Shown piece after piece: positions 22,342 through 31,303 of a DNA stretch of 32,362 nt. The DNA lies in IMG/VR virus record IMGVR_UViG_3300035670_000851. One strand, given 5' to 3'. This DNA is from a virus. Under the pieces are notes generated by a model. The model worked only from the letters and a program-made list of their open reading frames with translations. It ran no database searches and had not been told where the DNA came from. A program made the position numbers and the translations under genes. Position 1 is the first letter of the stretch. Each line of letters begins with the position of its first letter.

Positions 22342-22695
22342 ATGGAAGGTCATTTAACGTATAAAATCGGTGAGGTTGATAGGCAGTTTTTCTTTGGCAA
22401 TTATGCCTTAGAGCAAACATTAAATCATTTTGATGCATCGGTTTCTGATTTATCTGAAATTTTAGGTAAGCAATTATTGCCATTTTTGAGAATGTTTATG
22501 TTTCATGCGGCAAGTTATCCAATACTAAAGAAAGGTGAGATTGTTGATTTTACCGAGTTTGATATTCATGAATGGATTGATAATGCCGGAGGTTCTAGCG
22601 GTGAATTGATTGTTGTAGTTTCAAATCATGTTTTCAGAGTATTAGGATTAAATACTGAGGTTAAGGAGCAAAAAAAAAGCAAAGCGGAAAGTTAA
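22342..22695 (+). CDS. Tail assembly chaperone (gpG-like, zero-frame product)
   Basis: Positioned between the tube and tape measure genes. It contains an A9 slippery run 18 nt before its stop. Confidence 0.7.
   Translation: MEGHLTYKIGEVDRQFFFGNYALEQTLNHFDASVSDLSEILGKQLLPFLRMFMFHAASYPILKKGEIVDFTEFDIHEWIDNAGGSSGELIVVVSNHVFRVLGLNTEVKEQKKSKAES
22670..22678 (+). promoter_or_regulatory. Programmed -1 ribosomal frameshift site (A AAA AAA)
   Basis: The zero frame reads CAA AAA AAA AGC. The heptamer at 22671-22677 is X XXY YYZ. The -1 frame is open from here (AAG CAA AGC GGA AAG TTA AAT TGG AAT AAA GAT GTG CTG ...) through to 23003. Confidence 0.7.
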
Positions 22696-23003
22696 ATTGG
22701 AATAAAGATGTGCTGACATTTGCTTTTGGTGAACTGGGATTAATGCCTGATGATTTTTACGCCTTGACATGGAATCAATATATATTGAAATGTCAAGGCT
22801 TTTTTAATAGAGAAAAAAAGGAGTGGGAACGGATAGGCTGGGCAACTTGGAACGGAATGAGAGTGCATGTAAACAAGGGGATGCCAACTTATAAAAAATT
22901 CATGTCATTTATTTATCAAGATGAAGAAATAAAGGACATGGATAGAATTAAAGAACAGATGAATAAGGCGATGAGTAAATATCTGGAAAATGCAAGGAAT
23001 TGA
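22677..23003 (+). CDS. -1 frame extension of the tail assembly chaperone (gpT-like part of a G-T fusion)
   Basis: The track ORF starts at GTG 22710, with no ATG until codon 12. The reading frame is -1 relative to 22342-22695 and stays open back to the slippery run. Confidence 0.65.
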   Translation, partial: KQSGKLNWNKDVLTFAFGELGLMPDDFYALTWNQYILKCQGFFNREKKEWERIGWATWNGMRVHVNKGMPTYKKFMSFIYQDEEIKDMDRIKEQMNKAMSKYLENARN

Positions 23004-24894
23004 GATACCTATTGGAGCGCCATTAGGGCAATTAGATAGAGACCTAAAAGGAGCAGAAAAGAAATTAAAAGGATTTACTAGTTCTGCTGAAACTAATTTA
23101 AAAGGTTTTTCCTCTACTGCAAGTAGTGCATTTAAAAGCGCAGGACTTGCTTTAGCAGGTGCTTTTAGTGTTGGTGCTTTTGCAAGTTTTGGAAAAGAAG
23201 TTTTAGCAGTAACCGCTGAATTTGAAAAGTTCGGTGCAGTTTTGGGTAATACTTTAGGTTCTACTGCTTTAGCAAACTTAAAGCTAAAAGAAATAGAAGA
23301 GTTTGCATCTAGAACTCCATTTAGCGTTCAAGAATTAACTAACTCATTTGTAAAGTTAGCAAATCAAGGTTTCAAGCCGACTGGCGATGAAATGAGAAGA
23401 TTAGGTGATTTGGCGGCAAGTACCGGCAAGTCTTTTGATCAATTAGCTGAAGCAATATTAGATGCGCAAACAGGCGAGTTTGAAAGGTTAAAGGAATTTG
23501 GCGTTAGGGCGCAAGATGCCGGGGATAAGGTAATATTTACCTTTAAAGGAGTTCAAACCACAGTAGATAAATCATCTGAGGCTATAAGAAACTATGTTAC
23601 ATCTTTAGGTAATGCTGAAGGTGTATCTGGATCTATGGCAGTTATATCTGAAACCTTAACTGGAAAGATTTCAAACTTAGGCGATAGTTGGGATCAGATG
23701 CTAGTTTCTATTGGTAGCAATACGTCTGGAGTATTTAGTTCAGTTATCAGCATTATAAGTGAGGCAGTTAATTCAATAACAGAATTTAACAAAGAATTAA
23801 ATATTGCATCTAAATTTAAAATTGAAGGTACACTAGTTGAAGGTTTAGCAAAATCCGTTGGCAAACTTTCAGGCATACCGGCTCTCGGTGCTTTATTATC
23901 AACAAAAGATATAAAAGTAAATGCTATTCAATCAGTCGAAAAAGGCGTTAATAATATAGTTTCTAAAACATTATCTGGAGCAAAAAGCGCTAATGATTTT
24001 GGTATTGCAATAGCACGTTTAAAAGCTGAAGGTGATAAATTATTACAATCAAAGGGCGGAGGCGATAAGCAAGTTGCAGCAGCATTTCAATCTATTTATC
24101 AAGATGGGATTAGAGCATTGCAAGATGGCAGAAAACAATTTCAAAAAGAATTAAATAAACCAGCTGGTGCAAATTTTGGTAAAGCAAAAAAAGCAAAAAC
24201 AGAAAAAGTTACTAGGGATCCTCAATTTACTGCGCAGCCAAGTATAAATGAATTAGATTTATTTTTAGAAAAGTATAGAAAAACTGAGGCACAATTAAAT
24301 AAAACTCCATTAGTTCCTTTTCCTGGAATAAAAGAAAAATTAAAAGTTGTTAATCAATCATTAATAGAGTTTAATGCAGCTGCAAATGATATTATTCAAA
24401 ATAGCATAATAAATACATTCAATAATCTAGGTACTGCTATTGGAGAATCTTTAGCAACTGGTGGAAATGTATTAAAAGCAGTTGGAAATACTATTTTGCA
24501 AGGATTGGCTGGGTTTTTATCTGAAATGGGTTCTCTATTAATTAAATATGGAACTTTAGCGGTTTTAAAAGGAAAGTTAGATATAGCAATTCTAACAGGA
24601 GGACCAGTTGCTATTGGTGCAGGATTGGCAGCTATTGCCGCAGGTATTGCATTAAAAGCAGCAGGTGGTGCAATAGGATCACTTGCAAGTAAAGGTAGCG
24701 GAGGTGGTGGAAGTAAAGGCTCAAGCGCTGGAGCTTCAGTACCTATGCCACAAGGAAGCGCAGCTATCAGTACAAGCGCAGCAGGTTCTGCTCAGGATTT
24801 TGGCGGTGGCGCAGTTGTATTTGAGATTTCGGGAGCAAATCTAATAGGTGTATTAAATAGAGCAGGTGCTAAACTTACAAGATACGGACCATAA
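22990..24894 (+). CDS. Tail tape measure protein
   Basis: 634 aa, Ala/Gly/Lys-rich and helical. It has a hydrophobic Gly-rich segment near the C-terminus (GGPVAIGAGLAAIAAGIALKAAGGAIG). It follows the chaperone pair. Confidence 0.85.
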   Translation: MQGIEIPIGAPLGQLDRDLKGAEKKLKGFTSSAETNLKGFSSTASSAFKSAGLALAGAFSVGAFASFGKEVLAVTAEFEKFGAVLGNTLGSTALANLKLKEIEEFASRTPFSVQELTNSFVKLANQGFKPTGDEMRRLGDLAASTGKSFDQLAEAILDAQTGEFERLKEFGVRAQDAGDKVIFTFKGVQTTVDKSSEAIRNYVTSLGNAEGVSGSMAVISETLTGKISNLGDSWDQMLVSIGSNTSGVFSSVISIISEAVNSITEFNKELNIASKFKIEGTLVEGLAKSVGKLSGIPALGALLSTKDIKVNAIQSVEKGVNNIVSKTLSGAKSANDFGIAIARLKAEGDKLLQSKGGGDKQVAAAFQSIYQDGIRALQDGRKQFQKELNKPAGANFGKAKKAKTEKVTRDPQFTAQPSINELDLFLEKYRKTEAQLNKTPLVPFPGIKEKLKVVNQSLIEFNAAANDIIQNSIINTFNNLGTAIGESLATGGNVLKAVGNTILQGLAGFLSEMGSLLIKYGTLAVLKGKLDIAILTGGPVAIGAGLAAIAAGIALKAAGGAIGSLASKGSGGGGSKGSSAGASVPMPQGSAAISTSAAGSAQDFGGGAVVFEISGANLIGVLNRAGAKLTRYGP

Positions 24895-26882
24895 TGGCAT
24901 ATAACCTTAAATATTTTTTTACTTTTTACGCGGACAGAGATACTAGAATAATTGATGGTACTCCGGATGATTATACCTGCAATATATCGCAGTTAAATTA
25001 TGCAGGTAGCGCAATAGAAATACTGGCTCAACAAAATCCAATTCAGATTGACTATCAGAATACATCTAGCAATAAATTAGAGCCTATAATAGGATCTGAA
25101 TGTACTTTGAATTTAATAGCATCTGAGAACTTTGAATTAGAGGATTTATATACTGAGAATGAGCGCGAGTTTTTAGTCGAGATTTACAGAAATTCAACTT
25201 TAATTTGGTCAGGATTTATTATTCCAGATGGATGTTTGGAAGCCTTTACATTTGCACCTTATGCAATATCTGTCAATGCAGTTGATGGTTTAGGGTTGCT
25301 AAAGAATTTAAGCTATGTTCAAAATAGCGGAGACTTTTATTTAGGAAAACAAAGTTTTATCGAGGTTATAAATGCATGTTTAATTAGATTAGAATCGCCT
25401 AGTTTGATTTTAAATACTTGCGTAAACATTTACGATGTAACAATGACTGAGGGCGATTCCTACGATCCGTTGGCTCAGGGGTTTGTGAATGCTGAAAGGT
25501 ATTTAAAGGATGACCAGTTTACGCCAATGAACTGCGAGGAAGTTTTAAGGTCAATTTTAGAGGAATGGACTGCGGTCATGATACAAAGTGGCGGTCAATG
25601 GTATATTTATAGACCAACTGAATTAGCCTTAAATGGTAATTTAGCTTTTAGAAAATATTTAGATGGGCAAAGAGTTTATGATCAGCCTACTGTCACAGTT
25701 GATTTAGATGCTACTTTAGGAGGCGAAAGCGAGGGTGTACTTTTAGCACCTTACTTTCATATCAATACGGATCAAATGAAAATGATTGATAAGCCTTACA
25801 AAAATGCATCAATGTCTTATAAATTTGGCGCAAGTTCTGCAAATCTTGATGAGGAACTTGCTAATCCTAATTTAGAAGGTGCTTATCAAGGTTGCGGAGG
25901 TGATCCTATCGGGCCTTGTGATGATGTAACTATTCCGGGATATAGTAAGACTGGCACGATGTACGCTGGTCTATATCCAGGCGGCGGTGTAATATTTTAC
26001 AACCAAGGTGATACCTATCCGATTTTAACTGACTATTACGAAAATGATAATCTCATCCCGGTGAGCAGAACAGTAACTGCAACTGATAGATTACGTTTCA
26101 CAATTGTTTATAAAAATCCTGATCCGTTGTTTGCTACTGATATGAACTTTGTGATTAGTTTAGATGATGGAGTAAGTATTTGGTATCTTCAAGCGGATTT
26201 AACTTGGATGATTCCTTTGCCGGGATTAAGCTACTACCAAGTTCGTTCAGATGTTGGTGATGGAGGTACGCTAACTGTTAATACTGCCCCAGTTCCAACA
26301 GGCGGAAACGTAACCTTTAGAATATTAGCACCTACCGGAACTATTCGTGACATTGTTTATACTAAAATTTCAGCTGGGATTTTTACCGATCCAAGCAGTC
26401 AAGTTGGAGAAATACATACTGCAACACAAAGAGGAAAATTTACTTACGTTCCTAAAACCATAGATGTATTTAATGGGGATAGTCCATCAAATGATTACTT
26501 AGGTGCTATCTTTGGCCCAGATGAAACTACATTAACTACAAAGTGGAATAGAAGAGGTTTGAGCGAATCTATACTTGCAGAGCCTTACGAGGTTGATAAA
26601 CAATTTTTAAGGATTGCAGTTGAGGAAACTCAGCGCTTGTATGCCGGTCCGTTTGTTAGATTTGAAGGATCAATATTTGGATATTTTAACCCGGTGACTA
26701 GGTGGTCAATCAATTTAATTGATGGTTATTTTATGAATTTAAGTTTGAACTATGATCTCCAGCAGAATATCTGCAAGGCAGTTTTAGGAAGGATAACTAA
26801 TCAGGAGATAGCTTTAGATTATACACTTGTGCCAGATTATGGTAAAACTACTAGAGTAACAGTAAAAGGAACAACATCATGA
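24894..26882 (+). CDS. Distal tail/baseplate protein (positional call)
   Basis: A 662-aa ORF with an ATAATG stop/start overlap with the tape measure gene. No motif recognised. Confidence 0.4.
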   Translation: MAYNLKYFFTFYADRDTRIIDGTPDDYTCNISQLNYAGSAIEILAQQNPIQIDYQNTSSNKLEPIIGSECTLNLIASENFELEDLYTENEREFLVEIYRNSTLIWSGFIIPDGCLEAFTFAPYAISVNAVDGLGLLKNLSYVQNSGDFYLGKQSFIEVINACLIRLESPSLILNTCVNIYDVTMTEGDSYDPLAQGFVNAERYLKDDQFTPMNCEEVLRSILEEWTAVMIQSGGQWYIYRPTELALNGNLAFRKYLDGQRVYDQPTVTVDLDATLGGESEGVLLAPYFHINTDQMKMIDKPYKNASMSYKFGASSANLDEELANPNLEGAYQGCGGDPIGPCDDVTIPGYSKTGTMYAGLYPGGGVIFYNQGDTYPILTDYYENDNLIPVSRTVTATDRLRFTIVYKNPDPLFATDMNFVISLDDGVSIWYLQADLTWMIPLPGLSYYQVRSDVGDGGTLTVNTAPVPTGGNVTFRILAPTGTIRDIVYTKISAGIFTDPSSQVGEIHTATQRGKFTYVPKTIDVFNGDSPSNDYLGAIFGPDETTLTTKWNRRGLSESILAEPYEVDKQFLRIAVEETQRLYAGPFVRFEGSIFGYFNPVTRWSINLIDGYFMNLSLNYDLQQNICKAVLGRITNQEIALDYTLVPDYGKTTRVTVKGTTS

Positions 26883-27334
26883 CCGAGTTAATGCTTTACA
26901 TAAATGATATGCCTGTCGGATGCTTATTGAGCAATGGCTTGAGTGAATCTATTAGTTTTATTAAGACTTGCAAGAGTACCGAGAACATGGGCCAAAAACA
27001 ATTGGGGCAATTGCATTCTTATTCAATTAGCTTTGAGGCGGTGTACTCAACAGATCAGGCTATTATTGGATGGGATGAATTAAAAGATTTAGGTAGATCT
27101 AGAAAGATCATTGCTTGGTCAATGGTTAATTTAGATACCAATGAGGGTGATGCAGGTCAGGGATTTATAGAGAACCTAGAGATCAATGGAAGTACCGAAG
27201 ATTTTGTTAAATTTACAGGCGTAATTACAGGGTATGGTGCAATAGTAGATTCCGAAACAATTTACTATGTATGGGCGCAAAATGTTGGCGCATACGTTGA
27301 TAATGGAAATGATAGATATGTATTTGTAAATTAA
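26879..27334 (+). CDS. Tail-tube-like paralog (second copy of the major tail protein fold)
   Basis: It aligns by eye with 21868-22338: MLYI...PV.CL.SNG.SES..F, SY.I.FE.V, WD..K...RS, G....F..F.G...G.G.I, all in the same order. Confidence 0.6.
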   Translation: MTELMLYINDMPVGCLLSNGLSESISFIKTCKSTENMGQKQLGQLHSYSISFEAVYSTDQAIIGWDELKDLGRSRKIIAWSMVNLDTNEGDAGQGFIENLEINGSTEDFVKFTGVITGYGAIVDSETIYYVWAQNVGAYVDNGNDRYVFVN

Positions 27335-27339
27335 AAGAT

Positions 27340-30048
27340 ATGCCAGTTATAAATGGAGTTTATTTAAAGGATTTTACTGCATTACCTGAAGCGGTTGCAG
27401 ATGCTAATATTATACCAATTGCCATCTCAGGCGATAATATTGCTTATAGAACGACAGTAGCAGGAATTGTAACCGATGCTAGAGTTACTAGTAAGTTATT
27501 AACCGGACTATCAATAACAGGAAGTGCAGTTCTTGCAACAGATACGATTTTACAAGCATTTGGCAAGGTACAGAATCAACTTAATGGTAAGCAGGGAACA
27601 ATCACTCTTACAACCACAGGATCTAGTGGTGCGGCTACGTTGATTGGTTCGACGCTAAATATTCCAAATTACGGAAGTGCATTATCAGGCTACGTTCCAT
27701 ACACAGGTGCTACTTCAAATGTTAATTTAGGAAATTTTGCATTAAATGCTGAATACATTATTGCTACTGTAACCGCTGGAAGTAGTCAAGATGGTGTTCA
27801 AGGTTTTGCAAATAATGGTAGTGGAGTTCGTGGTGTTGCAAATAATGGTACTGGAGTAAAGGGAGAATCTACAAGTAGTGTTGCTGGTAACTTTGTAAGT
27901 GGTTGCGCTTCCACTATTGGTACTTTAGAAGTTATGAATACAAGTACAGGATTTTTAGCTAATTTCTTTAGCTCTGGTTCTGTTTTAAGGGCATCAATTT
28001 CAAATACTGGTAACATCACAGGTAATTCATTTATTAAAACAGGAGGCACATCAGCACAGTTCTTAAAGGCAGATGGCTCGGTTGATTCGACTACTTACGG
28101 TACAGGCTCGGTAACTTCGGTCGCTGCTTTAACTTTAGGTACAACAGGAACAGATTTATCATCAACAGTAGCAAACTCAACTACAACGCCTGTAATTACC
28201 CTGAACGTACCAGATGCTAGTGCAACTGCTCGAGGTGTAATAACCACAGGAACGCAAACGATAGCAGGGGCTAAGACATTAACTGGTGCATTAGTTGGTA
28301 CAACTGGTAGCTTTACATCAAGTGGCAGTAGCGATACATTTAGTATTACTCATTCCAGCGGTTCGGGAATTGCGTTAAATATTACCAAAGGTGGTAATGG
28401 GGAAGGGATATACGTTAATAAAACTTCTGGAACTGGTAATGCGGTAACAATCATAGGAACTTTAAACGCTACAACTTTGGTTAAAAGTGGTGGCACATCT
28501 TCTGAATTTCTAATGGCTGATGGTAGCGTAAATACTTCTGTTAGTCCTACTGGTGCTTACCTACCGTTAACAGGAGGTACATTACTTACAACAAATACTA
28601 CCGAAACTTTAAGAATTGTAAATGCCGGAACAGGTTATGGTTTATTTGTTCAAAGCGATAGTTTTTTTCAAGGCAATGTAACATTTCAATCAGGATTTAA
28701 AAGTCCTACAAATACTTTTACATTACCATCAGCCACAGGAACATTAGCTTTAACATCTGATTTGAGTGGTTACCTACCATTATCAGGTGGTACACTTACA
28801 GGTGCATTATCAGGTACAAGTGGTACGTTTACTGGAACTGGAACTTTTGGCACTCTCAATTCAGCAACGATTCCATTAGTGGCCTACGCAAGTACTTCAA
28901 ATATAGGACTTAAATTAATAGGCACATCCACAGGTAACGGAAATGGAACTTATTTTTATGCTAACAATGGAAGTACCTTGCTCGGTTCTGTGAATATAGC
29001 TGGAACTGCAATGGCTATTTCAAATGAACAAACAGGTATTCTTTATTTTGCTACCAGCGGAAGTGAACAAGCAAGAATATCGTCATCTGGAGATTTTAGC
29101 ATAGGAACAAGTTCTGGTGGATTTAAACTAAATGTTAATGGAACAGGTAATTTTAGTGGGGCATTAAGTGGTACAAGCGCATCGTTTAGTTCAACTGCGA
29201 CTGCATCAGCCTTCATCCCAAGCGGTGCAACAATTCCGACAAATGGAATGTATTTATCGGCTGCAAATACGTTGGATTTCGCTACTAATTCAACTAATCG
29301 TTTGCGTATCACATCGGCTGGTTACACTTGGGTAAATGGTGCTATATCGGGATTTAGTGCTTCTGGAGTGCAATTACAAGTTAATGGTCAGTCAAGAATG
29401 GGTGGCACAATTATATTGCACAACACTTCGGATGCTACTCAAAGTGCAACTTTTAATTGTACTGCTGCATCCACAGTAACCATTGCTGATAATGTAGTAA
29501 TTGTAGGTTCTTTATCAAAAGGTTCAGGTTCATTTAGAATAGAACATCCTTTACCATCATTGTCAGAAACGCATCAATTAGTACATTCATTTGTTGAAGC
29601 ACCAAAAGCTGATTTAATATACAGAGGTAAATTAACTTTACTAAATGGTAAGGGTCAAGCTAATATTGATGAAGTAGCTACAATGACAGAGGGTACATTT
29701 GAAGCATTATGTAGAGAAGTTCAATGCTTTACAACAAATGAAAGTGGATGGGATTTAGTAAAAGGTAAAGTAATAGGCAATATCATTTACATTGAAAGCC
29801 AAAATGAAAACTCAACAGATGAAATATCATGGATGGTAATTGGAGAACGTAAAGATAAACACATGATGGAAACAGGTTGGACAGATGAAAATGGCAAGGT
29901 AATAGTTGAACCATTGAAACCTATTGAGCAAGAGCCTATGGAAGATTTAACAGAAGTTGTTGAGCCAATAGAAGAAGTAGTAGTAGAGCAAGCAGAACCA
30001 ACTGAACCAGATTCAGAACCTGATACACAAACACAACCCAATAATTAA
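27340..30048 (+). CDS. Tail fibre / receptor-binding protein
   Basis: 902 aa, very Gly/Ser/Thr-rich. Repeated fibre motifs: GGTSAQFLKADGSVDS and GGTSSEFLMADGSVNT; YLPLTGGTL and YLPLSGGTLTGALSGTSGTF. A globular C-terminal domain is followed by an acidic Pro/Glu tail. Confidence 0.8.
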   Translation: MPVINGVYLKDFTALPEAVADANIIPIAISGDNIAYRTTVAGIVTDARVTSKLLTGLSITGSAVLATDTILQAFGKVQNQLNGKQGTITLTTTGSSGAATLIGSTLNIPNYGSALSGYVPYTGATSNVNLGNFALNAEYIIATVTAGSSQDGVQGFANNGSGVRGVANNGTGVKGESTSSVAGNFVSGCASTIGTLEVMNTSTGFLANFFSSGSVLRASISNTGNITGNSFIKTGGTSAQFLKADGSVDSTTYGTGSVTSVAALTLGTTGTDLSSTVANSTTTPVITLNVPDASATARGVITTGTQTIAGAKTLTGALVGTTGSFTSSGSSDTFSITHSSGSGIALNITKGGNGEGIYVNKTSGTGNAVTIIGTLNATTLVKSGGTSSEFLMADGSVNTSVSPTGAYLPLTGGTLLTTNTTETLRIVNAGTGYGLFVQSDSFFQGNVTFQSGFKSPTNTFTLPSATGTLALTSDLSGYLPLSGGTLTGALSGTSGTFTGTGTFGTLNSATIPLVAYASTSNIGLKLIGTSTGNGNGTYFYANNGSTLLGSVNIAGTAMAISNEQTGILYFATSGSEQARISSSGDFSIGTSSGGFKLNVNGTGNFSGALSGTSASFSSTATASAFIPSGATIPTNGMYLSAANTLDFATNSTNRLRITSAGYTWVNGAISGFSASGVQLQVNGQSRMGGTIILHNTSDATQSATFNCTAASTVTIADNVVIVGSLSKGSGSFRIEHPLPSLSETHQLVHSFVEAPKADLIYRGKLTLLNGKGQANIDEVATMTEGTFEALCREVQCFTTNESGWDLVKGKVIGNIIYIESQNENSTDEISWMVIGERKDKHMMETGWTDENGKVIVEPLKPIEQEPMEDLTEVVEPIEEVVVEQAEPTEPDSEPDTQTQPNN

Positions 30049-30049
30049 C

Positions 30050-30057
30050 TATATTTG
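30050..30057 (+). promoter_or_regulatory. Candidate -7 box (TATATTTG) ahead of the lysis region
   Basis: Exact TAnnTTTG match 17 nt before ATG 30074. No clear -33 TTTG. Confidence 0.25.
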
Positions 30058-30073
30058 ATAAAAAAACAACCCT

Positions 30074-30277
30074 ATGAAAACCAAAGAAGAAGTACAAACA
30101 GAAACAACACCAGAAGTACAACCAGAAGTACAAAAGTTAAAAGTAGAATTGGCAGTCCAAGAATGGGAAGCAGTATTGGCAGTAATTGAGCAGTCAACAT
30201 CTCCGCACATTCAAGTTAAGGCAGTAGCGGCTGAATTAGTTAAACAATTACAACCACAAATAAAAGATGACAAATAA
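30074..30277 (+). CDS. Hypothetical acidic protein (67 aa)
   Basis: ORF track. The N-terminus (EEVQTETTPEVQPEVQ) resembles the fibre tail in composition. It is followed by an amphipathic helix. Confidence 0.45.
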   Translation: MKTKEEVQTETTPEVQPEVQKLKVELAVQEWEAVLAVIEQSTSPHIQVKAVAAELVKQLQPQIKDDK

Positions 30278-30434
30278 TAACGCCGATTTGGCGACCATAG
30301 TAAGTGTAACTGGTGCGATGTTAAGCATTGCCAATATACAACCGATAGTGACATTGTTGGCTTCTCTGGTCGCCATAATTAGTGGAATTTTTGCCATTAG
30401 GTATTACATCAAAGCAACAAACAAAATCAAATGA
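30267..30434 (+). CDS. Holin candidate (55 aa, two hydrophobic segments, basic C-terminus)
   Basis: Not in the track. Hand translation: MTNNNADLATIVSVTGAMLSIANIQPIVTLLASLVAIISGIFAIRYYIKATNKIK. ATGA overlap with the next ORF. It lies two genes upstream of the endolysin. Confidence 0.45.
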   Translation: MTNNNADLATIVSVTGAMLSIANIQPIVTLLASLVAIISGIFAIRYYIKATNKIK

Positions 30435-30610
30435 AAGCGGAAGAAATCGAATTTATCGAGGCAGAGGTTAAAGTTAGCCTAATGCCGGAAATTAAGAAAG
30501 CAGTTCCCGGAGTTTTGGCGTGGGTGCTTAGAGTAGTTTTTCCAAAATTGGAACGCAAGATTATTGATTTTGTTATTTCAATGGTTGAGCATTTTTTGAG
30601 TAAGAAATGA
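30431..30610 (+). CDS. Hypothetical 59-aa protein in the lysis cassette
   Basis: Not in the track. MKAEEIEFIEAEVKVSLMPEIKKAVPGVLAWVLRVVFPKLERKIIDFVISMVEHFLSKK. ATGA overlaps on both sides. Confidence 0.4.
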   Translation: MKAEEIEFIEAEVKVSLMPEIKKAVPGVLAWVLRVVFPKLERKIIDFVISMVEHFLSKK

Positions 30611-30987
30611 GTGCAGGTCAATTAACTACTAACTTCCATATCCGGGAGTTCAAATGCAAAGATGGGAGTAAAGTACCTGAAGCATTAGAGGCTAACGTGA
30701 GGCTATTAGCTGACCAGCTACAAGCGCTTCGGGACTTCATTGGTATTCCTATCACTTTAAATTCTGCGTATCGTACAGAGGCTTATAATGCGTCTATTGG
30801 TGGCAGTCCAAAAAGTCAGCATAAATTGGCAAAAGCTGCGGATTTGGTTACTTCAAAATATACTCCGAAACAATTAGCAGCAATTATAAAAAAGCTAATC
30901 AAATCAGGCAAAATGATGCAGGGCGGAATAGGTGTTTATCCTTCCTTTGTGCATTACGATTGCCGGGGGACTGAGGCACGTTGGTAA
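30607..30987 (+). CDS. Endolysin, zinc peptidase M15 family (D-Ala-D-Ala carboxypeptidase/L-Ala-D-Glu peptidase-like)
   Basis: NFHIREFKCKDG, LNSAYRTEAYNASIGGSPKSQHKLAKAADL and SFVHYDCRG give the H...D...H zinc-ligand pattern of Peptidase_M15. Confidence 0.85.
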   Translation: MSAGQLTTNFHIREFKCKDGSKVPEALEANVRLLADQLQALRDFIGIPITLNSAYRTEAYNASIGGSPKSQHKLAKAADLVTSKYTPKQLAAIIKKLIKSGKMMQGGIGVYPSFVHYDCRGTEARW

Positions 30988-31226
30988 TAAATAAAATTAT
31001 GGCAAAAAAAATCATCTCAAAACAAGGCACGTTGCAAGTCAGGGACTTGGTGCGAGGTCTTATAATGGCAATCCTAACTCCAGCGGTTTTGATACTTCAG
31101 CAATCTTTGGAAGCTGGAATCTTAACCTTTAATTGGCATCAGATAGCGATGGCATCCGTTGCCGGGGGATTTGCCTATCTGGTTAAAAATTTCTTTGAAC
31201 CTACGAAGATAATCGAAAAGTTGTAA
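30981..31226 (+). CDS. Two-TM membrane protein (second holin/antiholin candidate)
   Basis: The hydrophobic segments LVRGLIMAILTPAVLILQ and IAMASVAGGFAYLVKNFF. It overlaps the endolysin stop. Confidence 0.4.
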   Translation: MVINKIMAKKIISKQGTLQVRDLVRGLIMAILTPAVLILQQSLEAGILTFNWHQIAMASVAGGFAYLVKNFFEPTKIIEKL

Positions 31227-31303
31227 TGACAAGCGCAGGAATAATTCTTGTGTTTTTTGGACTTTTACTAATATACTTTTATGCAAAAACAAGAGATAGT
31301 TAG
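31226..31303 (+). CDS. Possible 25-aa hydrophobic mini-ORF
   Basis: MTSAGIILVFFGLLLIYFYAKTRDS. TAATG overlap upstream, but a 23-nt overlap with the next gene, so weak. Confidence 0.15.
   Translation: MTSAGIILVFFGLLLIYFYAKTRDS

Noticed and set aside
23694-23876. Minus-strand ORF inside the tape measure gene.
   Set aside because: It is antisense to a long, continuous and compositionally typical tape measure ORF.
27798-30133. Minus-strand ORFs 27798-28049, 29043-29312, 29787-30041 and 29936-30133. The last one includes a poly-Leu run.
   Set aside because: They are antisense to the fibre gene and to the GAA/GAG/CAA-rich acidic tail region. The poly-Leu run is simply the complement of Glu/Gln codon runs.
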